From Phoronis australis (lineage: Eukaryota; Animalia; Phoronida), in contig NMRA01000146.1 in the NCBI GenBank assembly GCA_002633005.1, positions 147,640 through 211,639 on the forward strand: a stretch of 64,000 bases of DNA. Reading direction: 5' to 3'. The position numbers and the translations under genes are program-made. This document shows, in pieces, positions 41,536 to 53,310 of this stretch; within the stretch, counting starts at the first letter, position 1; every line of letters begins with the position of its first letter. The notes under the pieces are model-generated. The model saw only the letters and a program-made list of their open reading frames with translations, made no database searches and was not told the origin of the DNA.

Positions 41536-42429
41536 CCAGACATAGCACAGCTTCATGCGTCTGACATTGTAACGGCCGTGCATGGTGGAACAAGCGGGCT
41601 CAGCCTAATTAGATGAAACGTGCTTCGATTCGTCGCAGAAACGGAGATTTAGCAAAGGTTTATCCAACGTGTAACTGCATTCCATCATGAATAAAAAAGT
41701 ATATTGTGCTGGGAACGTAGTTGTCAGGCATATATCGAGTACTCAATTGTGACTGAGATAATGAATGTGATTGCAGTAAGTTTCCATCAGTCTATTCTTG
41801 TTCAAGATTTTGTGGGAATCTGCGCTATTCACAAACATGTAAACGTCGATCAATGCCCAATAGTAGAAAATAGGATGCAGATGCCACGCTATAATTAACA
41901 GTGACCACCGTCGCTAGCTGGACAGTAGAGACGGTAAAGCTCCTATAGGAACTTTATACAGAAACTTTTCGGTGAATTATGCCTCACATTCATTAACATA
42001 TCACAGTCACGTTGATATAAATACCGCTTGCGCATAGAGGAGCACCTTGGCAGGTCGTCAGTGTCTTTGATTCCTTCCAACTTGACCAAATACTCCCGTT
42101 ATCAAACTTTTTCTTCGAGTAGTCCTTCGTTCATTTCCCCAAATCGGAAACTGGCCATATTTGGACGGCGCACACCAGTGGATATGACATTGTCAGAGAT
42201 AGACTGTGGGTTCGTTTAAAAGATAGCTATCCTTTGAAATTGTGCGTAGATGGAGAGAGCATGATTGAATCCAGTTATACATTTATTATATGATTAATCA
42301 CTAATTAGACAAGTGAAACCTTTTGTTAATAAGTAATCAACTACAAAAAAGAGTAACCACGCTAGCGCCCTCTGTAAAGATTAATTCAATCAATCAACCA
42401 AAATAATCAAATGTCTTATCTGCTATTCG

Positions 42430-43014
42430 AGCTGTAGCGGGACTCTCCAGTTGTTGGATGACAGTCCTGTTGGTGAATCTTCGAAGGCACTGTATTGCTG
42501 GTCACAATCTTCATTGGTGACGAAACACTTGCAGGCAGTTTCTTCTACCCACGATTCTTCTTGCTGGTCATCGTCTCTGCTTACCCAACACTTCAGGCAG
42601 TATCTTACTACCCACGATGCAAGTGACAAGATCTTAGTTAACTTCCTGTTCGTTAAGGAGGCACCGAACAGTTCTCACTGTGATGTGGGTTTTGCTGGAC
42701 AAAACCCACATCACTTGATTTGTCACCTTTTTTTCACTCTGTCAAAAACAGGATGCAAAGAATGACATGTTTTCAGTTATTTCACATACAAGCCTTGCAG
42801 ATGAGAGCAGAAACTTTCTCTCTTGTAGTTTTGACCCTTTCAATCCCACTGAAAACGAAGCTAGACTAAGAAAAATAAGGGCAAAAAGTGCAAAATCGGC
42901 ACTTTTCACCCCTAAAACACCACTTCCCTGCCGATGCACAACTAAAACCAACAATAGATTCTGAAAGCAAATTTGCTACAGATTCCGAAAATGTGGTCCA
43001 AAAGTACTGTCAAC
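42430..43014. repeat. Interspersed repeat family B copy 2
   Basis: Homologous to 16141-16720 with one block inverted relative to the other. Confidence 0.85.
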
Positions 43015-46000
43015 TAAGGTGGCACTGAATAGTTAGGCTGCGGCCGCGGCCAATTTGCAGTCCCAAACTAATAACATTTTTGGGTAGGCCAAGTTCGGGG
43101 GTATTTTGTAAGTGGGCATTGTGTAGGCTCAGTGAATGTGGTTTGTTTGCATTTGTGAACATGCCGAGAATAAAAATTCCACTTTCTCGGCTGTAGCTGC
43201 ACTCTTCTTCAAGATGGCAGTACATATGCACAAATTTTTCTTACTAATTACCTAATCAGTGTTTATTCTGACAGACGTCATACTTCCTGCCACGCCCAAT
43301 GTAATTCTTTTCAGCATCATGACTATAATTAGGTGTGATGATTCCTGACAAATGAAATCGGTGACCGCCATTCGCTACAACTGAGCTTTGACATTTTTTT
43401 AGATTTCCAGTTCAAGACACATATTACTTGACACTAAAGTGGTTAGAAAATTAAATAGTGATTCAATGATAGGTTTTAATAACCACTCTGATGTCAAGAC
43501 AGTCCGCAGACTAAGCTTCACTAGCCGGGGCAACAGCCGTCGAGTTTGTACGTCCTAAAACATGCAAAGTCTGCCGACATCTGTTTCACTTAATTGTCTG
43601 AGTGTCGACTCCACCCCCATCTCCATGTCTGTGATCATAATACTCGTAAAGCTCGCTCTCCAAGTCTTCTTAACTTACAAAATCACTAAGATCCGCTTTT
43701 ACATACATGTACATACATACTGTCAACTGATCAACGTCTTCCACTAAATGACATCACATGGCGGGAAACCAAAAATCATTAAATTTTCCATTATTTCCCA
43801 AAACAAGTGCTTGCTTACTTAGATCTTGTTTTATAAGAATGTTTTACAAGGTCTAAAACCTAAAAAAGGTCAACAATCCATTGCAGGAACGTTTTAAACC
43901 ATAAACCCCTGACCCAGTAAGCAAGGCGAGCAGACGATGTCCAAACAATTTCGGGCAGCGCAGCATCCCATGTAAAAAGGTCGAATGATATTACAAATTT
44001 TTAAAAGTCACTTGACAACGAAATGTATAAAAGTGAAATAAATTACATCAAAAAGAACTCGTTTTGTCCACTGTTTATGAGTTGAAGCAGAGAGAATTCC
44101 CAAGTGTCCAATGAAAGTAGACATTTTTTCTAAATAATGGCTCGGACACCCTCACGACTAAAAGATATGAAGGGTAGACGATTGCCAGCATTTAATATAA
44201 TATAGTATTTGTCAAACCAATCATCTCTGATGGTGAGATTGTCTGCGTAAAATCTCATCAGGTAGTTAATATATTCGTGTTTTTCTACAAGACGTTGATT
44301 TTAGAACAACTCGTTTCAAACAATAAGGTTTCGAGTGCACGTGCCTTCTAAACAGGGAAGTACAGATACGTTTACGACGCCAGCACAAAACTGAGAAGCC
44401 AGGTCCGCAATATAGACGGAAAAATCAAGGAAAGAACTACTTGAGGTTGTATAAGCAAACATTTTTTAATAATGTTAAAACATATCTGACAGCCATACCA
44501 AGTTATGTGGACCTCAGAATCGCTAAGTTTCCCAAAGCTCCGGTCAATTTTTAGATCATATCGGGTGTTACAGTAATGACCTCTAGTTTTCATTGCAGCA
44601 ACGCCAGTGCTGGGTCGTGGACACGTTGCCCTATCAATTCAAATGTCTTAAAAGTATCTTTTATGCCAACCAGTCGACGTCACGGTGACAAATCATTAAG
44701 CAATCGATGAATGTAAGCCCCTCATGACATCAGTAGAGCTCTTGTGGTTTGTTTTAAATACAATTTCAACTTGAAACTTAAGTCTCATTAAGCCCGAAAT
44801 CATTCGAATCTTAGGTGTCAATTTCCGTTACTACACTGCAGGGCGAAACTCATCCCCAGTCAAAAAAGACAGCCTATTTCAAGTGAGTAATACAACGAGT
44901 GTTTTATTTACCGCAGCGCAAACGATATCTGTCCGAATGCGGTAAACATATAGTTAACGTTGTCACAGGAAGTCATCAAATGGGTATTTGTAAGTATAAA
45001 ATCGCCATTGCCTACTTTTAGGTATATATACATATATTGTGCACGTCATCGGGATTACAGGTATTCACGATAGAGGTTAGATTTTTACCAGTAGGGTTAA
45101 AGCGTTAAGTTCAGATTATTTGTGCATGTGCCTTTTGGATCATGGACTGGGATATTGTCGAAGATTGTCGGTTTCTTCAAGGTATGTCACATGAGTTTGC
45201 CTGCACTGAAATGGAAATGACATTGATGTGTTCTGTTGTCGTAAATATTTATGACAAACAACACACGTTGTTATTTAAAGCGGTGTTTTGATGAACTTGA
45301 ACTGATTCATGGGAGGCGTTCATTAGTCGTGGAGTGTCTATGTAATCACCAATCGTTTCAATGCACTGAGAGTGTTGTCATTTTGGTTAAATTAGACACA
45401 TTTGACTTCGGGCAAACATTGGTCGTCCCGCTGAGAACACAGGAAACATACTAAATACTTAAGTGTGTTAAACACAGACACAAATGTCTAAGTAGTGTTT
45501 GCGCTGACGATCTGCATGTACATATAGTTGCACGGGAGTAAACTATGGAAGGATCATATGTAGTCTATGCATTCAGGGGAAAATGGGGTTGCTCTCTTTC
45601 AAGTGGAATGGTGCCATAGAATTTCCGATTCTAAAACGTACCAATTTTATGGTGAATTGCTGTTTCAGTAGTTCTACATGTATTTAAGCCAAGGAGCGAA
45701 GTTATCGTCTTTCAGTAATTCTATTAAGCCAAGGGTGAAGTTATCGTCTGTTTGTGTGGAAAGCTCATAAACTGGAGGTAGAAATTATCACCAGGGGCCG
45801 CATCTTGTTCGTATTCAGTAGTCTGGACTGGACTGATGCAGAACTACACGACTTTAAGACCGATGGCGTCGCTTTGAAAGGCGACATAACACTAGTGCTT
45901 TCTGACAAAAAAGGAAATGTTATGTGGAATTGCTTAGTTGACAAATTGTGGGCTGGTGGGGTACAATGTACATGGATAGGTTTTTGAAAGCCTTTAAGCT

Positions 46001-47224
46001 CTGGACAAAAACTTCTGAAAATCTCGAAACCTTTGCACGCCACGTTGAACCTAGCTGTTGTACGTGGAGATCCCTAAACAAATACAGTGGGAACATAACC
46101 ATCTGAGCTAGTCAATGTTTTCCAATGCCATTTCGAAATTATCGTGATTTCAGTCAATAGTTCATCAATTTTTAAAAGTGGAATGCACAACTGCTTTTTT
46201 CCTGTCGAAAAATATTGTGAAGTCAGTTTTCTTGAAAATCTTGGCCAAAATATTTTGTAAATTGTGCCTGAGTTGCAGTTCATGACCACGCTTTATCGCG
46301 CCTCGTCATCTCCAACAGTGGACCCTCCTTAGGCACGTGAGAGATGGTAGCGTCGAGCTTTTGATTTTTTTTAATTAAACATTCTCTTAATTCTGAGTGT
46401 AAAATGCACCCAATCCGACAGAAATGTGCCGTGTTCAGTTGAAAAGGTGAAACAAGGGATATGCGAGTATTGAAAACTTACGAACGTGGCGTTTTATAAG
46501 TCATGATAGCACGATGGCACATGGTGAGAATTATTCACAATTGCTCGAAATAGCTACGTGTAGATGTACCCCTACGGTCCTAAACCTTTACTTAAATCTT
46601 GTATGCCTGAAGTCGAGTACTGGTTGGAATCTGCGTATTGCACAGACTCTCGATTTGGACGTTGTGACGTCACACGTCACTGGTTTCCCTGTTGCTTTCT
46701 TCGACTTATGGGTATAAAACATGTTTTATTGTCGGACCTTCCGTCGACATTCGTTAACATTTCCAGGTATAAAGTTGAAGACTTCTGGCATGGTGCTTTT
46801 CAAATCTGATGACCACTTGGTCAAGATCAAATGAGTGATCATAGTGAATATGAGGTAGAGCTGGTGTGCCCAGCCTACCTTGACCAATCGACGCTCGCAT
46901 GCAATTGACCTATCGCAAACTCCGCCCCCTTTCGTAATATCGACTAACAATCAACAAGTTTTACCCGGCAACTTGTTGTTTGTCGGGTAAAATGGCGGCT
47001 TGGAAACCAAGGTGTGTCAATAATGATGGTTTCTATACAGTATGGTTAGTTAAGCCATCACTCACAAACCTGGCGATAGGTCAATTACGAAGACGCCGCA
47101 TCAAAATACCACGTCTCTCTCACTCGTATAAAGTGAATGGAATTGTACATACAACTTTCACAAGCACCCGAATATTTAAAATGTAATTTCCGTAACACTG
47201 CTAAAGGGCTTCCGTTGCGGTTGC

Positions 47225-48200
47225 AGGCAGGTCTTCCATTTCAAAATTACAGTAGTTGGCCTTTCATTACCTATGCTCCCGCTCAAACAGTTCACGAGAT
47301 GGCAGGTCCAACAGGTGGGTGCAGAACTGTAACCTGACGCAGTCAGTACGAGGCCGTAAAAATCTCCAGATGAGAGATTATGACTAATGGAACTGCGACA
47401 TTTAGTCGTAGGTCGTCGTAAACTTTTTTTGTTTTGTTTTTATATTCCCACGTTAACACTGGCTCCAGCAAGTGTGGGTTTTGCAGACGTAGCCAATGCT
47501 GGCTATGAATCTAGCCACGCTGATAGAAGATGGATTTGAACCCATTCTCAACCTTGTGACTCTCTCGGCGATAATGTGCTTTTACCTGACAGGCTTCATG
47601 ATAGGTAACGACAATGTCAAGTTTTCTGACTTGCATATTTACAATAAAGCCAAGCAGATTAAATGCGAACAAGTATTGACAAATTGTTGCGAAGGTAAGA
47701 ATCAATCGAATTCTGTGATGTCGGGCCAAAGTTGCCTTTACTCGCTGCTATTCTTGGAGTCCCAAGCGGAGAACGAATCTCCGTACTTGTCGGGATCGGA
47801 TCCAAAGGCAATGACCTCTAATGCCTCTACCATGAAATAAAAGTTTGATAGAAATGTCGAAAATCGTTATTGCTTTCTCATCTGGCAAAGGTCAATCGGG
47901 CCAAAGAATCTAAACTCTGAAAGCTGATTTCATATTCCCCTATGTTCAGAATAACCCCATGATGAATTGTGAGTGCGATGTTAATTGAAAACCCTAATAG
48001 GAAGAGGGTAATATAGATGTAGGGGAGGTAACCTGAAATAGATTTCACATTGCCCGGGGGTAATCTGAACAGGAGACGTTTGAAACTGTTACACAGGATT
48101 GGCGTAAATCCGTGTAAAAGCAAAATCGCGAAACAAAATATAAGGCTTTCCCAGACAACCAGGTGATATGTTAACTTAAGCAAAAACGTTCTATACGTGA
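47225..48200 (-). mobile_element. Degraded DIRS-type (tyrosine-recombinase retrotransposon) reverse transcriptase relic
   Basis: Ordered motifs on the minus strand across frameshifts: QFQTSPVQ, FFGPIDL, VIAFGS, HRIRLIL, LLGFIVNMQ, ENLTLSLPIMK, SISVARFIASIG, *NGRP. These are colinear with DIRS RT motifs (IDL, LPFGL, GIRL+IYLDD, LGFIVN.EKS, MTLSLP.EK, WNGR). The catalytic YLDD is not preserved. Confidence 0.5.
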
Positions 48201-49462
48201 AAGAAAACCTCCTCAATATCAGTCTGAGCAGCTTAGACTAGAAAAGTATGAGGGACACGGAAAGCTGGAGAAAGCATGGCCGAGTCCCCGCTTTACTCAA
48301 ACCCTGGGAACACGTTACGCCCATTAATAAAACTATTAGAAATAATTGTCAAATACTTGTTTGGGAGGGAAGGTGTACATGATTGTGAAACTTATAAAAA
48401 GGTGCGGAAACGAAACTTACTGAACTTGCCCTATTCCGACTTGGGAACATTGTTTGGCTGACTACCATCAATTTCTGCTGTATACGAGATTATCTTATCT
48501 TAAAAATGGTCATTTTGCATCTTTTGGAAGGCGCAGACAAATGTTTCACTCTGCTCTGATCTCGCCATTTTGGAATCTGGGATCTTTAACGAGTAAGAGC
48601 AGCGCTGATGCGTCCGTAATTTGAGCGCACGTGAGCCATAACGGCACCTCAAAGCTGTGAAATTCAAATCCTTTGAAGTTACGCAGAAACTAAATGCGGG
48701 TAGCCTGTCTCAACTTTTCGACGACTTCTCTCTTTCGTTTTGTGCACCAAGCGGAACAAACGAAAGAACGTGCAGCAGACTACCAGTTTGACAAGCATGC
48801 ACAACAGTGTCGGGATCTAACTACTCGTGAAAAGGATACAAAATGTTTCATGGTTCCTTGAAGTTTCAGTTCAAATTAGAGATGAAGCATTGGAATATTG
48901 GTCATTATTTCAAATTTCCTGGTTCACTTTTTAAATGATCGGAGCTACAAAATGCTGTGTATCAGTATTTCATGTTTTTGATTTCAGGTTAAACATTGAA
49001 CTTTCAAGGTCTAAATTAATATTCCGTATTTCAATATGATCCAATTTGCAAAGACTAATTGAACTAGACACCTCTGCACGTGGATCCAAATTAATTCACA
49101 GATAATGCTTTGTGTCTGTAAGTACGCAATTTATGACCTGTGCAACAATTAGAAACCATTTTATGGGGATCAAAAGAGTTTGACGAAACTCAATTACAAA
49201 CACCTTTTCTGAGTCAACCAAGAATCCCATTGATAAAATTTGCAAGCATTGATATTTTTCATCGATAACTGATTAACTGATTGCGTGGTGTTAATGGTTT
49301 GAAAACAGCTTCTAAATTCGATCATTAACACAATTTTCAATTTCTCTCCATATAAAAAACACGGGTCTTTACTGGGAAATCCTTTAGGAAAACCCGTCAA
49401 TTGTCTGTTGTTAGATGAATCGTCTTGCTTGGTCTTTCCATCACAAGAAACGGTCAAGATAT

Positions 49463-49766
49463 TACATGGTAAGATTGGGTAAAGGTGGTCTAAGGTATAG
49501 GAGCCACTTCGTGTGCCAGTGTTTTGAGGATATGGTGAATATGACGTGGGATGCGGCTGCCTTGTGACGGTTGCAATTAAGGAGTAGCTTGGTAAGGCTT
49601 TCGGTAGTGACGGAGATATTTGACATTAGACTAGGGACTTGTTCCTTTGCAGGTTATTGTCTTCCCTCTAGTCTCTTCTAAACATGGTTGAGAATTACTC
49701 ATTCGCGGTCTCTGATTCGCAGTAAAAGACACAATCCTTTTTGAAGAGTCCAATACCTGAAGGTTC
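49463..49766 (-). mobile_element. CR1/L2-group LINE ORF2 relic, 3' piece
   Basis: Minus strand: PSGIGLFKKDC...FSTMF...MSNISVTTESLTKLLLNCNRHKAAAS / HILKTLAHEVAPIP*TTFTQS. This matches the pre-RT motif V.KLL..LNPHKA.GPD.I..R.LK.LA.EIAP.L..IF.QS. Confidence 0.8.
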
Positions 49767-50026
49767 TTAGTAAGAATGATACACAACTCGGTTTTAGCCT
49801 GTTAACAGATTCTAAAAACGACTGTCCCGCCAAGTTCTCTGAATCGAAATAATGCTCTGAACATGTAAATCTCGACAGTCCTCAATATTTTGGAGGATAA
49901 TTTAAAAACTCCTTTCAATGTCTGCTAAACGGGCAAGCGTGACCTACGCTTTTAGCGAATTTCAGGAAACTGTGGGAGAAGACCATCCGTCAAGGACCAT
50001 AGCGTCCAATTTGTAAAATAGTAGTA

Positions 50027-51362
50027 CCGTATTCGCCGTAATAACCTCCCAGGGCGCTTAGAAAAGTTCGGTTCAGGGGGGGGGGGCGCTTATTATAACC
50101 CAAGGCGGTTGAAATCCGGTCGCCAAACGAGTGAAATCGGAAGCTAAGATTCATCAAATTTACGCTCTGTGACGTATGTGTAATCTATGAAAGACTTTCA
50201 ACAAAACTGTGGTGCATTGCTATCAAATTTTGCTGCTAAATTACGATCATTTTACAGAAAATTGTGCTGAAATCCCAGGGCGAAAACTCGCCAACTGACT
50301 GCTTCGAAATCGCCGTTTTCGATATGGCGACTTCAATGCTTGAATAAAAATGGTTTCGATAAAGTACCTGAAAGCCTCATTGAGTTTTATAAGTAGCGTC
50401 TTTAAGGATTTTTAAGTTCCCGTGGAGTCTGGATTAACGGCAGGTTTAACCCTCAGGAGCCCAAATTAATTTCAAAATGATTAAAAAAAAATATTTTCCA
50501 CCAGAACCTTTCATATAGGCCTGAAAACAAAAGTTCATGGTCAAAAAAAAATTTCATGCTCGCTAATTAATTTTTTTTAATTGTTCCACCGGTGACCCAA
50601 TGGGACTTGNTTGACAAGTAATTGTTATTTAGATTAATTAGTTTCTAATGTTTTGTAATTTGTTGTTTACAGATCGAATAAAATATACTATCATTTATAT
50701 GATTTAAAGAGGAATCCTAGTTCTCATTGGTTTCGGCCTTGAGCCTGTCAGCGGTACAGTAAGGGTGTGTAAGCATTCACTGTCCGTTGTCATTTTATCG
50801 GATATTCGGCTTAATAACACCACTTATGGTTAATCAAACAATCCATGTAGAAAATAACGCAAACATGTTTATAGTATTAGAAATTGTCGGAAGTTAGTTC
50901 CAATATTCATTTCTTATCGATGCTATGCTACCCGCTTCATGAATGGATAGTTCCCAACTAATGTCTTTGATGACAGGTTATGTAGCGCGCGCTTCCTGGC
51001 CACGTGCGTTTGACACCGAGTTATTTTTATTCATGAGACAGTCGATGTGTCGACTGAAAGGTCAGACCATAGTAGGACACGGTCGTCGCGAGAGCGTAGC
51101 AACGCTGTTGCGTTCTTTTTGAAGCGCTGCGTTACTTTGTCACGGCTAAATACAAACGTAGCAGTGCCGCTGGTGTTCTAGAAGACCCGTGCAAATTTGT
51201 TTTTTGATAAATGGAAGACGTTACTGTAGCCGAGTTTTAGGACTGTAGGTCCGTCATTGTTCGCATGTACACGTTCATGGACTGGGCGCTTGTTTCAGCA
51301 AAGTCTGAAAACGCGTGGGGGGGCGCTTATAGGGGCATGGGCGGTTATTACGGCGAATACGG
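50027..51362. mobile_element. Non-autonomous Tc1/mariner (pogo-like) element
   Basis: Perfect 20-bp TIR CCGTATTCGCCGTAATAACC / GGTTATTACGGCGAATACGG with TA TSD at 50025-26 and 51363-64. Subterminal GGGGGGCGCTTAT motifs at both ends. Confidence 0.9.
50446..50609 (+). mobile_element. Possible piggyBac-like terminus nested in the mariner element
   Basis: TTAA|CCCTCAGGAGCCC start followed by AT-rich subterminal sequence. It stops at the N at 50610 and the other end is not seen. Confidence 0.35.
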
Positions 51363-51487
51363 TATTAGTTTTTAGTTTTAGATGCATTCTGCTTCTGTTT
51401 TTCAAGATTGACAACAATGATGCGTTAGCAGGCGACAGGACGAAGATTGGTTGAAATCATCAATACAATGGTTTGGTATCGTTTTAA

Positions 51488-52012
51488 GAACTTTCATGTA
51501 GGAGTACACTTTTTGGATTGTTACCCTCTGATGGAGTGGTGATATCGGTGTTGTATCACCAGTAGCTTTTTTGGATAGTTTTCCTGATGCATATAAATTC
51601 ATCACTATCGAAGCTGCTGTCGCACTTCTTGAATTTGTGGCAGAGATTTCTCTCTTTTTCATTTTGTTGACGTGATTGGTGAGTTAGTTGTCCAGGATAT
51701 GTGGTTCATGCGGTGAGACATCTTGTGGGAAATAAATTTGTCTGTTATCTGGAACAGCTGTTGTTTGAGGGAGTTCTACACATTGTCGACGGGTAGCGGG
51801 GTGAGATCGTGTGCTAAGAATTTTTCTTTGAAGGTTAACATGATACATTTCAGGATATTGCAATCCTCTCATTTGTTGAAAGTACATATCTCTCAAGACT
51901 TGTGCTTCTGTGTTTTCGGGTTGACATCTACCTATATTTCAGTGAAGACTATGTACAAATGTAGCTCAGACCTGGGATGGTTCATGCCTTTGAGTGATTT
52001 GTGAAGAGGAAA
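51488..52012 (-). mobile_element. CR1/L2-group LINE ORF2 relic, 5' piece (end of APE endonuclease plus linker)
   Basis: Minus strand: FLFTNH...TIPGLSY, IVFTEI, PKTQKHK, LKCIMLTFKEKFL, VDNV*NSLKQQLFQITDKFISHKMSHRMNHISWTTN, QKVYSYMKVL. This is the typical PG+SDH...DKFIP.K......PW+ and K+FWSY+K pattern. Confidence 0.8.
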
Positions 52013-52032
52013 CCAATAATGCTATTGTGCCA

Positions 52033-52140
52033 TATGGAGCAGGTAGTGTGTCCTAGTGCTCGCGTGCTTTATTGAAGGTTGTAGGTTCGAGTCGCACCGG
52101 GACACACTGCTCGACCCTTGAGTCAGGTCCGTAACTCCTC
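52033..52140 (+). mobile_element. tRNA-derived SINE 5' fragment
   Basis: Degenerate A box (TGGAGCAGGTAG), B box GGTTCGAGTC at 52084, then CCCTTGAGTCAGGTCCGTAACT resembling the CCTTGAGCAAGGCACTTAAC block seen after the tRNA head in many invertebrate SINEs. Confidence 0.55.
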
Positions 52141-52632
52141 AGCTCGATTTTAACTATATAAATCAAAAGTGCTCATCACTAGTAAAAACTTAAGCACTTG
52201 AGTACCTTCGATACTTAGTATGGCGGGTTTTAACGTCACCTCCGATGATCAGGCAGGAATTTCTGTTTTGAATCTCGATGTGTCTGTATTCCTACAGGAT
52301 TCTGCTTAGCAAGAGTTACGTGATAAAAGTAAGCATACCCAAGCACGCAGTCCTACGGAGAGCGTAAGGCAAAAGCAGCGCCACCTAACGACTACGTGTA
52401 TCACGGGAGAGAAAACGTACCCATTTTGTATACAACGGACACGCCTGTGTTGCTTTGGGACTACTTACAGTACTAGCCTACCCCATGTTGTCGTCTGACC
52501 TTCGACTAGGGGTCACCGATTTCATTGACTTCGATAGTTTAAATCACGTCAAAAATTAACAGCTGTATAAGTGGCATACATGTATGAAGGCAGGTATGTA
52601 GCCTCCTGGTTAGTTTTGAAAAAGAATCATTA

Positions 52633-52763
52633 TTTTATTATCATCAATATCAGTATCATCATCATCATCATCATCATTATTGTTATCATCATCATCATCA
52701 CCATCATCATCACCACCACCATCATCATCATCGTCACCATCATTATTGTTGTTATCGTCATTG
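52633..52763 (+). repeat. (ATC)n/(ACC)n/(ATT)n microsatellite
   Basis: Direct reading. It explains the poly-Ile and poly-Met ORFs at 52571 and 52630. Confidence 0.95.
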
Positions 52764-53040
52764 TTAGTTTGATAATATTCACATATTCGTTTTGTTCCGC
52801 TATCTCGTACATTCAGGCTATGAAGTTGTCAGAAGTTGAACGTCGTTGATTTTATAATGCACGGTGCTTTGGAACGAAATCTGTTCACCAATTACCGTTG
52901 TTGAAATTGTAACAAAATTAACTAAAGGCAAAATCTTGTTAGGTGGAGGATTAAAAATGCGCCCTTTCTGAATCTACACTGTAATTCGAAGTCTTGCAAA
53001 CGGAAACAAAATTAGCAATTAAATGCATCGTGCTGTTCCA

Positions 53041-53150
53041 CCAATCAGGACTCCTAAGACAGCCTACGTCATCAACTGAGTTATTCCTATATAAGGGCTG
53101 TTTCTCTATATAAGGTTGTCTGGCGAATCGATTGTCACAGGTGATTTCAG
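53041..53150 (+). promoter_or_regulatory. Candidate TATA promoter of the C2CD4-like gene
   Basis: CCAATCA at 53041, CRE-like TACGTCA at 53065, CTATATAAGG twice (53087-96 and 53106-15), and a pyrimidine-purine start CA at 53136-37 exactly 30 nt after the second TATA. An ATG exon follows. Confidence 0.55.
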
Positions 53151-53165
53151 TTTATCACTAACAAC

Positions 53166-53310
53166 ATGTGCGAAACCATGACTGCGGAGGTAACTGTGAA
53201 AATGTTTGTCCGTGACTCTTTCTCCGCCACGGGCGAGACAGTTAGTTGTGGCGACAACAAGACGTACCAGGCGCGGAATTTTTTCCTCGGAAAGAGCGTT
53301 GACGTGCAAG
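53166..53310 (+). CDS. Candidate first coding exon of the C2CD4-like gene (MCETMTAEVTVKMFVRDSFSATGETVSCGDNKTYQARNFFLGKSVDVQ)
   Basis: AACATG context, 48 stop-free codons plus 1 nt, donor CAAG|GTAACT. A phase-1 join to the acceptor at 62681/62682 is in frame (G+AC ATA AAA CAG TCC ATG = DIKQSM). The intron would be 9371 bp. Confidence 0.5.

Larger units (their letters stand above)
49767..51487 (+). mobile_element. TTAA-flanked MITE family C copy 2, interrupted by a mariner-type element
   Basis: 49767-50026 joined to 51365-51487 reconstitutes the 24164-24539 element. Ends GGTTTGGTATCGTT|TTAA; the left TSD is TTAG. Confidence 0.7.

Noticed and set aside
42000-42140. RIEEHLGRS (GIY-YIG-like, +) and REYLVKLEG (chromodomain-like, -)
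   Set aside because: Two conflicting short resemblances on opposite strands with no supporting neighbouring motifs.
45685-45750. ~41-bp tandem duplication (TAAGCCAAGG..GAAGTTATCGTCT)
   Set aside because: Ordinary two-unit local duplication.
52571-52849. Poly-Ile transmembrane-like and poly-Met ORFs
   Set aside because: Translation artefacts of the (ATC)n microsatellite.
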